DNA of 39,996 nt from an uncultured Oceanospirillaceae bacterium (GTDB lineage Bacteria; Pseudomonadota; Gammaproteobacteria; Pseudomonadales; Balneatricaceae): positions 1-39,996 of the forward strand of contig CAJXEN010000001.1 of the NCBI GenBank assembly GCA_913052465.1, read 5' to 3'. The position numbers and the translations under genes were made by a program. How positions within the stretch are numbered: the stretch's first letter is position 1; every line of letters starts with the position of its first letter. Below are positions 32,002-39,996 of this stretch, piece by piece. The notes beneath the pieces were generated by a model that was given only the letters and a program-made list of their open reading frames with translations, searched no databases and was not told where the DNA came from.

Positions 32002-32109
32002 CGCTCACATGGCAGTATTTCAAACCTCTAAATGGCAAACACACCCTCACTTCTGATACTATCTGGGCTCTGCTTTTAACGCCCTTAATCACCCATATGG
32101 GAAACCCCT

Positions 32110-32469
32110 GTGACTCAAGTACAAATGCACGGCATCAGCAATTGCGACACTGTTAAAAAAGCCAAAAAGTGGCTCACTGATGCGGGTATTGAATTTAATT
32201 TTAGAGATTACAAAAAACAACCGCCCAGCGTTATAGAGTTAGAGGGTTGGGCACACCAAGTGGGCTGGGAACTGCTACTTAATAAGCGCGGCACCACATG
32301 GCGTAAGTTGCCAGCAGCACAACAAGATGCTGTCAATGAGGCCACCATTTGTGAGCTTTTAGCAGCCCACCCCTCTATGATCAAACGCCCGTTGATGATT
32401 GTACAAAATGAACAACACGTTCGGACCGTAGTCGGTTTTCAAGCCGACCAATACGCTACTATTTTTTGA
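32110..32469 (+). CDS. ArsC/Spx family protein (YffB-like)
   Basis: GISNCDTVKKAKKWL, LLNKRGTTWRKL and PSMIKRP; this family commonly neighbours dap genes. Confidence 0.92.
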   Translation: MTQVQMHGISNCDTVKKAKKWLTDAGIEFNFRDYKKQPPSVIELEGWAHQVGWELLLNKRGTTWRKLPAAQQDAVNEATICELLAAHPSMIKRPLMIVQNEQHVRTVVGFQADQYATIF

Positions 32470-32542
32470 GCTGTTTTTTTGAACTGTATTTTGCACTATA
32501 TTTAAACGATCAGTTTTAACCCATTATTTATCGGAGAGTTCC

Positions 32543-33580
32543 ATGAGCCATTTTAGTTTTGCCTTTGGTATTGGTAGCCAATCTAGCCAAGGAGATTGGT
32601 TAGAGGTGTTTTACCCGCAGCCAATGTTAAACCCTAGTGCTAACCTAGTTGCCGCTGTTGCAGGTGTTTTAGGCAGCCACCTAGCCAGTGGTAACCACGC
32701 TGTACACATTGATGCTAAGCAAGCAAACCAACTGGCACAAGCATGCACTATTGCGGGTGAAGCTGACCATGCTAAATGGTTAACCCAGGCGGCAGACAAA
32801 GGCCAGCCTATGGTGATTACCTTACTAGAAACCGATACTGGCCCACAAAGCACGCCAGAGGTGTACCTAAAGCTACAATTGTTATCTAACTGCCTTAAGC
32901 AACCTAACTCTATGGATCTTAATGGTATTTTTGGGCTTTTACCTAACGTGGCCTGGACTAACGAAGGGGCAATTGCCATAGAAGATTTAACCCAACGCCA
33001 AATGGATGCCCGTTTACGTGGCGAATGGTTGCACGTTAACGCGGTAGACAAGTTCCCACGCATGACCGATTACGCCGTACCCAAAGGCATTCGTATTGGC
33101 GATGCGTCACGTGTCCGTTTAGGTGCCCACGTTGCCGAAGGTACCACCGTGATGCACGAAGGGTTCATTAACTTTAATGCAGGCACCTTGGGCCACGGCA
33201 TGATCGAAGGCCGCATCTCAGCAGGCGTTACAGTTGGCCATAATAGTGACTTAGGTGGCGGTTGCTCCACCATGGGTACGTTATCTGGTGGTGGCAAGAT
33301 CGTTAATTCCGTTGGCGAAGATAGCCTTATTGGTGCTAATGCTGGTATGGGCATTCCTATTGGTGATCGCTGTATTATTGAAGCTGGTTTGTACATTACT
33401 GGTGGCTCTAAGGTGGTTTTATTGGATATGAACAACGACTTGGTAGACACCGTTAAGGCAGCCACCCTAGCCGGTAAGCCAGATTTATTGTTCCGCCGTA
33501 ATTCATTGAATGGTCGCATTGAAGTAAAGCCTAACCGCACTGCGGTAGAACTTAACGCCGACTTACACAGTAATAACTAA
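32543..33580 (+). CDS. dapD: Tetrahydrodipicolinate N-succinyltransferase (Pseudomonas/actinobacterial type)
   Basis: [40 protein letters not shown] and LLFRRNS. Confidence 0.97.
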   Translation: MSHFSFAFGIGSQSSQGDWLEVFYPQPMLNPSANLVAAVAGVLGSHLASGNHAVHIDAKQANQLAQACTIAGEADHAKWLTQAADKGQPMVITLLETDTGPQSTPEVYLKLQLLSNCLKQPNSMDLNGIFGLLPNVAWTNEGAIAIEDLTQRQMDARLRGEWLHVNAVDKFPRMTDYAVPKGIRIGDASRVRLGAHVAEGTTVMHEGFINFNAGTLGHGMIEGRISAGVTVGHNSDLGGGCSTMGTLSGGGKIVNSVGEDSLIGANAGMGIPIGDRCIIEAGLYITGGSKVVLLDMNNDLVDTVKAATLAGKPDLLFRRNSLNGRIEVKPNRTAVELNADLHSNN

Positions 33581-33581
33581 G

Positions 33582-34742
33582 ATGACTCAAACCATGCCTG
33601 TGTCACCTACTATCGCTTTAGCCCAAGACCTTATGGGTCGTGCCTCTGTTACGCCAGAAGATAAAGGTTGCCAAGAATTAATGATTGCTCGACTTGAAGC
33701 CATTGGTTTTACCATAGAGCGCATGCGTTTTGGCGAGGTAGATAACTTTTGGGCCCGCCGAGGCACAGAAAAACCTGTGCTGGCCTTTGCTGGTCATACA
33801 GATGTGGTGCCCAGTGGCCCAGTAGATCAATGGCACACACCACCGTTTGAACCCACCATTAAAGATGGCTTTCTATTTGGCCGCGGTGCCGCAGACATGA
33901 AAGGCAGCTTAGCGTCTTGGATTGTAGCCCTCGAAGAGTTTATTGCCTTATACCCTAATCACCATGGTAGCCTGGCTCTACTCATTACTAGTGATGAAGA
34001 AGGCCCGTTTGTAGATGGCACCACACGTGTTATCGATACTTTGGAAGCTCGTGGGGAAAAAATGGATTGGTGTATTGTCGGCGAACCATCCTCTACCAAC
34101 ACCTTGGGTGATGTGATTAAAAATGGCCGTCGTGGTTCATTAACAGCCAACATCACCGCCAAAGGCATTCAGGGCCATGTAGCCTACCCACATTTAGTCA
34201 TTAACCCTATCCATAAAATTACACCGGCATTAACAGAGCTAGTGTCTACTCAATGGGATGATGGCAATGAGTTTTTTCCACCTACGAGCTTTCAAATAGC
34301 CAACATTAATGGCGGCACTGGTGCATCTAACGTAGTACCTGGCCATGTGGAAGTGATGTGTAATTTTCGTTATTCCACGCAGCTTACCGCTGATGACCTT
34401 ACCAGTAAGGTGGAAACTATTCTGGACCATCATAAAGTAGATTATGACATCCAGTGGACCTACAACGGTCTGCCCTTCTTAACAGGGTCAGGCTCTTTGG
34501 TCGATGCTTGCCGTGATGCAATTAAAGCGGTCACTGGCACTGATGCAGAACTGTCTACGGCTGGTGGTACTTCTGATGGTCGTTTTATTGCGCCAACGGG
34601 CGCGCAAGTGGTGGAACTAGGGCCTTGTAACGGCACTATTCACCAACTTAACGAATGCGTTAAAGTGAGTGATTTAGAGCAGCTGACACAAGTCTACTTT
34701 GGCGTTATTACTCGCCTAATGACGCAGGAGCAGAACACATGA
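33582..34742 (+). CDS. dapE: Succinyl-diaminopimelate desuccinylase
   Basis: [45 protein letters not shown] and GGTSDGRF. Confidence 0.98.
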   Translation: MTQTMPVSPTIALAQDLMGRASVTPEDKGCQELMIARLEAIGFTIERMRFGEVDNFWARRGTEKPVLAFAGHTDVVPSGPVDQWHTPPFEPTIKDGFLFGRGAADMKGSLASWIVALEEFIALYPNHHGSLALLITSDEEGPFVDGTTRVIDTLEARGEKMDWCIVGEPSSTNTLGDVIKNGRRGSLTANITAKGIQGHVAYPHLVINPIHKITPALTELVSTQWDDGNEFFPPTSFQIANINGGTGASNVVPGHVEVMCNFRYSTQLTADDLTSKVETILDHHKVDYDIQWTYNGLPFLTGSGSLVDACRDAIKAVTGTDAELSTAGGTSDGRFIAPTGAQVVELGPCNGTIHQLNECVKVSDLEQLTQVYFGVITRLMTQEQNT

Positions 34743-35167
34743 TTCAAACCGATATTGAAATTTATATAAAATCAGTCAGCCCAGAAGCCATTAAAGCTTG
34801 GCTAGACACCTGCACATCAAGTTTAGAGGTGCAAAGCTCTAACCCTAAACGTCAAGCTTATTGGGCTACTTTTGCTGATGTGGCCAGCGCTGATGATTCG
34901 ACTGGATCTGATGATTCAGCTGATTCTGATAGCCCACCAGCAGAATTTGAAATAATCGTGCTTAATAAGGTGCAAAGTAACTTTAGTAGCATTTGGTTTA
35001 ATACCAAAAGCACCCCGTGGGCCAATGATAAAACCTGTGCCCAGGCAGCCTTTATACACTTCCAATCAAACGTACGTTGCGTTATTTCTAGCTGGCAAGA
35101 GGGCGATGCCCCAGATCAATGGTTAAACATTGATAGCGAAGGCGAAAGCATTATTGATTGGCTTTAG
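34739..35167 (+). CDS. Hypothetical protein, coupled to dapE
   Basis: ATGA overlap with the dapE stop. DIEIYIK...SIWFN...TPWAND resembles small conserved hypothetical proteins near dapE in pseudomonads (from recollection). Confidence 0.75.
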   Translation: MIQTDIEIYIKSVSPEAIKAWLDTCTSSLEVQSSNPKRQAYWATFADVASADDSTGSDDSADSDSPPAEFEIIVLNKVQSNFSSIWFNTKSTPWANDKTCAQAAFIHFQSNVRCVISSWQEGDAPDQWLNIDSEGESIIDWL

Positions 35168-35245
35168 CATATAGCTGCAAGAAAGTGCATGGGCGGTATA
35201 TATCACCCACCTTCAAACCAAGCTTTTGATTTTTGGATACTTATT

Positions 35246-36067
35246 ATGCTTAGCTCTATACAACTTCAAGAATACAGCCAACAAGGTTACCTTGTTATTA
35301 ACGACTTTATGTCACCAGCACAGCGCCAAACATTAATGCAGCGCGCAGTGCAGCTCATTGAAGAATTTGAACCCCCTCAAAAACGCTCCATTTTTACAAC
35401 CGATGAACAAGAACGCTCTAGTGATGACTACTTTTTTGAATCAGGCAGTGCTATTCGATTTTTCTTTGAAGAGAAAGCCATTGATAGTAAAGGCAACTTT
35501 ACCGTGCCCAAACAACAGTCCATCAACAAAATAGGCCATGCGCAGCATCAGCTAGACCCTGTGTATAAAGCCATGGTGGAAGATCTGGATTTTTCTTCAC
35601 TAGGCCGTGACTTAGGGATAGAGCAGCCGCGAGCAATACAGTCTATGCATATTTTTAAGCAACCTAATATTGGTGGTGAAGTGGGTCTACACCAGGACGC
35701 TACTTTTTTGTACACAGAACCTAAAAGGTGTATTGGATTTTGGCTTGCGTTAGAAGATGCTACAGTTGACAACGGTTGTTTACAGGCCATTTCTGGGGGC
35801 CATAAGATTGCCCTAAAGCAACGTTTTAAGCTATCAGAAAATGGGGGTACTGAATTTGAAACTTTGGACGATTCACCATGGCCAGCAAAAGCATTAGAGT
35901 TACTGGAAGTGCCCGCAGGCACGCTCATTATTTTACATGGTCAACTACCCCACTACAGTGCAGCCAACACTTCCAACCGTTCACGCCAAGCCTTTACCTT
36001 ACATTTGGTAGACGACACTTGCGATTACCCAACTAATAACTGGCTGCAGCCACTCCAGCAATCATAA
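35246..36067 (+). CDS. Phytanoyl-CoA dioxygenase (PhyH) family Fe(II)/2-oxoglutarate dioxygenase, PHYHD1-like
   Basis: QQGYLVINDF, INKIGHAQH, QSMHIFKQP, HQDATFLYTEP (HxD), WLALEDATVDNGCL and HYSAANTSNRSR. Start uncertain (35189 or 35246). Confidence 0.92.
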   Translation: MLSSIQLQEYSQQGYLVINDFMSPAQRQTLMQRAVQLIEEFEPPQKRSIFTTDEQERSSDDYFFESGSAIRFFFEEKAIDSKGNFTVPKQQSINKIGHAQHQLDPVYKAMVEDLDFSSLGRDLGIEQPRAIQSMHIFKQPNIGGEVGLHQDATFLYTEPKRCIGFWLALEDATVDNGCLQAISGGHKIALKQRFKLSENGGTEFETLDDSPWPAKALELLEVPAGTLIILHGQLPHYSAANTSNRSRQAFTLHLVDDTCDYPTNNWLQPLQQS

Positions 36068-36076
36068 TTTGCAAAG

Positions 36077-36685
36077 TTATAAGGTAAATACGCGAAGCGC
36101 TAAGCCAAGCAATATGACGCCACTAATCTTATCAATAGTGGCGGAGCGTTTTTGTAGCTTTTCTAACACGGTAGAGTGAGACAAAGCCACCGCTATAATA
36201 ATGTACCACAGGGCGTCTATTACTGAAGCAGTGCCGGTCATAATTAGCTTATCGGCTAGCACTAATTCCGCTGATACAAATTGCGAAAATAAAGCGATAA
36301 AAAAGAATGCTAATTTTGGGTTAAGCAAAGATACCATTAAACCATCTCTAGCTGCTTCACTTATGGGTGCGGCCACTTGCTCTACATTTATGGGCCCAGC
36401 GCCATTAGAACGTAATGCCTTGATACCCATCCACATAAGGTAAGCTGCTCCAGCATAGGTCAACAACTTGTAGATCAAAGGCCACTCCACCACAAGTACC
36501 GCCAAACCCCATACCGTTAACAAGGCCCACAATGCCACCCCTAAAGCATGGCTTATGGCTGTGGCAATACCATGAGCACGGCCATTACTAACAGTATGCC
36601 GCAAGACTACCGCCAAACTTGGTCCTGGTGACATCGCCCCTAAACAGCAAATTGCCACCAGTGAAAGCCATGTAGTGAGTGTCAT
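36077..36685 (-). CDS. LysE/RhtB family amino-acid exporter
   Basis: AMSPGPS, GAAYLMWMG and LLNPK motifs; about 6 TM helices. Confidence 0.93.
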   Translation of the reverse strand: MTLTTWLSLVAICCLGAMSPGPSLAVVLRHTVSNGRAHGIATAISHALGVALWALLTVWGLAVLVVEWPLIYKLLTYAGAAYLMWMGIKALRSNGAGPINVEQVAAPISEAARDGLMVSLLNPKLAFFFIALFSQFVSAELVLADKLIMTGTASVIDALWYIIIAVALSHSTVLEKLQKRSATIDKISGVILLGLALRVFTL

Positions 36686-37045
36686 TTAGTATCCTTAATC
36701 GTCTAGTACTTATCAAAAATTACCGCAAAAGCTCACCACTTTTAGGCATACTGGAGGCTAACCAACAGGTCCTTTGGTGCAGCATTAGCAATACCACATT
36801 GTTATCGTTTAGCTATTACACACTTAATCCCAAATATACTGACGCTATGATTAATAGCGCTGATCCATGCCTACAAGCTTGACTTAATTACTTGGGCACA
36901 ACACAATTGGGGCCAATTTTACGCTATGATAGCGCACAATACGAACGCCACTAAAATTGTTCTGGCCAAACGTTAAAGAGTGATGTTGTAGATAGAAACT
37001 GCTAATATTTTATTAACAATCCGATTTTAGTTGGGGGGTTTTATT

Positions 37046-37958
37046 TTGCAGACTTTCACCAACCTAAGGTCATAATATCGCTACCACCCAGTCAAGTGCT
37101 CAAACCAAAGCACATAACAAACTCAAACCATTAATCAATGCTGTTTCAGCACTATTATTTGTGGTGCTAGGCCTTGCTAGTGCCCAAGTTTTTTGGCTGG
37201 CCTATGATTACTGGACAGTATCAAACGACTCTTTTACTGTTGGCGCTTTTTCTACTATTACCACCGAGCCTAGTTCAAAAAACACTTTAGCAATCCCAGT
37301 CCACTATGCCGATGATATAGGTAACGCTCACCTATTTGGCCGACCTGTTAACCAACCTCTAGCTGCTACCAACGAAGCCATACCTGAATCAAAGCTAAAG
37401 GTAGTTATTAGGGGCATTTTGGCTTTAGCTGATGACAATAAATCGATCGCTATTTTAAGTGTAGAAAACGCAGCAGATAAGGTGTTCAAGGTGGGTGCTC
37501 AATTGACAACAGGCTATCACATCCACAAAATCGTTGCCGATGGTGTAATGGTGGACCATAACGGCCGTTTGGAAATGATTCGCTTACCCCGAGCGTCGCT
37601 GGCTGAAATAACAGCTAACAGCGCAGTTACAGGCAACAATGTGGCCACAGGTTTGGGCCAACTGCGTGCGCAGATTATGCGCAATCCGTTAAGCCTGGAG
37701 CAACACATTAAGTTTGTGCCCTACACTAACAATGGCCAATTTGCAGGTTATCGTGTTAACCAGGGCAATAAACCAGACATGTTTAAAAAGTTAGGTTTAC
37801 AGGCCAATGACATTGTTTCTAGCGTCGATGGGGTAGGTATTGGTCAACTGGCTGGCCGTATGGACATACTAACCAATTTATCTGTCGCTAAAAGCCTGCG
37901 TTTAGGCATTATTAGAAACGGACAAAAACAACAACTTTTTGTGGATTTCAGTCAATGA
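37046..37958 (+). CDS. gspC: Type II secretion protein GspC (apparent frameshift near 37066)
   Basis: TM helix, HLFG, HR domain (IPESKLKVVIRGIL...HNGRLEMIRL) and C-terminal PDZ (GYRV...LGLQANDIV), overlapping the gspD start. The track start GTG 37161 lies mid-TM; a likelier start is TTG 37046 in another frame. Confidence 0.85.
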
Positions 37959-39955
37959 TCAATGGATTTTTACATCACTTAACAACTTATCTTCGCTTTA
38001 TTATTATGGCGTTAGTGCTAATAAGCAGTTCCAACAGCTATGGTGAAGGCCTAGTTGTAGGGGAAGATGCAAGTGAAGATAAGGGAGCCAGTCTCAATTT
38101 AAAAAACGCTGACATCCACAGCCTGATCGAAACAGTGGCTATAGTAACCGGTAAAAACTTTATCGTAGACCCTAGAGTTCAGGGAAAAGTCACAGTAATC
38201 TCTTCGGGCACTGTATCTTCTGATGAACTTTACCAAGTGTTTTTATCAGTATTGGATGTACATGGATTTATTGCTGCGCCCAGCGGTAGTAGTATAAAAA
38301 TTGTGCCTAAAATTAATGTTAGGGTAAGTGGCAAGGTTACCGATGCGGCTAGCACTTCAAGTGCTGGTGACGAAATTGTAACGCAGGTAATGGCTGTGAA
38401 ACATGTGCCAGCGGTGCAAATTGTGCCCGTTATACGCCCGCTGTTGCCTCAAGAAGCGCATCTTTCAGCTTACCTCCCAACCAACATGCTTATCTTGTCG
38501 GATACTGCTCGTAATGCCAAGCGCATTTGGGATATGGTGCGCCGTATAGACCAGCCCCTTGAACAAAGCCTAGAAATAGTGAAGCTTAAGCATGCTAGTG
38601 CTGGTGAGGTAGTGAGTATTATTAACAGCCTAGGCCTTAATCCTAATGTGGCTACTGGTGCCGTTGATTCGGCCAACAAACTGGTAGTCGCCGACCAGCG
38701 CACTAACAGTATTATCATTAATGCAACCAGTGAACTATTACCCCAATTACGAGCTCTTATTGCTCACCTTGATGCACCTGTCGCGCAGATGACAGGGAAT
38801 ACTAAAGTTGTTTACCTGCACTATGCAAAAGCAGAATTGCTTGCCCCTATTATTGCCGACATGGCCTCAGCCCAAATCCCCACAGATGACATTACCAACG
38901 CGGGCACCACGCCACCTATGTTAATTAGTGTGCAAGCAGAGCCAGATACCAACGCCTTAATAATCACTGCGCCAGATAAACTACTTCAGCCCATATTGGC
39001 GGTTATCAAACAGCTTGATGTGCGCCGCGCTCAAGTTTTAGTCGAGGCCATTATTGCTGAAATCTCTTCCAGCCAAGCAGCTGAGCTGGGTGTTCAGTGG
39101 GCCTTAGGTACCAGTAACATTGCTGGAGCTACAAATTTTGGGTCTGGCGGCTCTAATTTGATTCAACTTAAAACCAATCCATTGTCTTTAGGCAGCGGGT
39201 TAAGCCTGGGCATCGGGCAGTTTGGTGCAGGCCAACTGGGCCTTGGAGCGTTACTTCGCGCCCTTGCCAGTGACGCTTCGACTAACATCATATCTACACC
39301 CTCACTGCTCACCATGGATAACCAAGAAGCAGAAATTGTAGTAGGCCAAAATGTACCTTTTATCACTGGTCAGTATTCCAGCACAGGCATTGGCACAACA
39401 CCAAATTCTCCATTTCAAACCATCAAACGCCAAGACGTGGGTCTACGTTTAAAGATCCGGCCACAAATCAACCAAGGCGATGCTATTAGCTTGGAAATAT
39501 TGCAAGAGATTTCTAGTATAGCCCCTTCTACCGTATCTGCCTCCGACATAGTGACCAATAAACGCTCTATCCAAACCACTGTGATAGCCAACGATGGTGA
39601 CCTCATTATTTTGGGTGGCCTAATCGATGATAACCTACAAGAAACTTCTGAAAAAGTGCCTTTATTGGGAGACCTCCCTATTTTGGGAGCAGCCTTTCGC
39701 TACAAAAAATCTCAGCTAGTAAAACGCAACCTGATGGTCTTTATCAGGCCAACAATTGTGCGCGACGCTGCCGTTCTAGAAGCTGCTAGCCATGGTAAAT
39801 ATACCTTGCTACGCACTCAGCAGTTATTGCGCAACAATGAAGATGTCATGTTGATGCCAGGCACGCAGAGACCTGTGTTAGAAGAGCTTAATAAAACGCT
39901 CTCTCAGCCCAAAAGTCCCACCTTAAAAGAACCTGCTAGCACAGTAAACTGGTAA
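37955..39955 (+). CDS. gspD: Type II secretion secretin GspD
   Basis: N0 (LNLKNADI...IVDPRVQGKV), N1-N3 domains and secretin domain (RRAQVLVEAII, VGQNVPFITG, KVPLLGDLPILG, KRNLMVFIRP). Confidence 0.96.
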   Translation: MINGFLHHLTTYLRFIIMALVLISSSNSYGEGLVVGEDASEDKGASLNLKNADIHSLIETVAIVTGKNFIVDPRVQGKVTVISSGTVSSDELYQVFLSVLDVHGFIAAPSGSSIKIVPKINVRVSGKVTDAASTSSAGDEIVTQVMAVKHVPAVQIVPVIRPLLPQEAHLSAYLPTNMLILSDTARNAKRIWDMVRRIDQPLEQSLEIVKLKHASAGEVVSIINSLGLNPNVATGAVDSANKLVVADQRTNSIIINATSELLPQLRALIAHLDAPVAQMTGNTKVVYLHYAKAELLAPIIADMASAQIPTDDITNAGTTPPMLISVQAEPDTNALIITAPDKLLQPILAVIKQLDVRRAQVLVEAIIAEISSSQAAELGVQWALGTSNIAGATNFGSGGSNLIQLKTNPLSLGSGLSLGIGQFGAGQLGLGALLRALASDASTNIISTPSLLTMDNQEAEIVVGQNVPFITGQYSSTGIGTTPNSPFQTIKRQDVGLRLKIRPQINQGDAISLEILQEISSIAPSTVSASDIVTNKRSIQTTVIANDGDLIILGGLIDDNLQETSEKVPLLGDLPILGAAFRYKKSQLVKRNLMVFIRPTIVRDAAVLEAASHGKYTLLRTQQLLRNNEDVMLMPGTQRPVLEELNKTLSQPKSPTLKEPASTVNW

Positions 39956-39996
39956 GCCTATGTCTTCTTTGCTTGTGGCCTATGCATCACAGTTAC

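Noticed and set aside
36679-36882. 67-aa ORF in the lysE-gspC spacer
   Set aside because: It overlaps the lysE start and upstream region, has no clear SD and shows no recognisable motif.
39960-39996. ATG after gspD (MSSLLVAYASQL...) as gspE
   Set aside because: Plausible by synteny, but 12 codons are too few to call.

Overview
Chromosomal window from a gammaproteobacterium. The Pseudomonas-type DapD and gene order suggest an Oceanospirillales/Pseudomonadales-like organism (inference). Positions 1-21.5 kb (minus strand) hold the conserved block rpsB-tsf-pyrH-frr-uppS-cdsA-rseP-bamA-skp-lpxD-fabZ-lpxA-lpxB-rnhB-dnaE-accA-tilS-pyrG-eno, with dxr and kdsA absent from their usual slots. A ~6.5 kb accessory cassette lies between the normally adjacent divergent genes rpsB and map. 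It encodes a two-partner secretion pair (TpsA with ESPR, TPS and YDG-like repeats; TpsB), a 7TM-DISM-like sensor kinase and an OmpR-family regulator. The cassette looks degraded: an in-frame stop in tpsB, a frameshift in the regulator and an apparent internal deletion in tpsA. The plus strand then carries map-glnD-arsC(yffB-like)-dapD-dapE-hypothetical-PhyH dioxygenase, followed by a convergent LysE exporter and the start of a type II secretion operon (gspC with an apparent 5' frameshift, gspD). All visible lesions fall in secretion-related genes, while the housekeeping genes are intact. I saw no rRNA, tRNA, CRISPR array, integrase or transposase.
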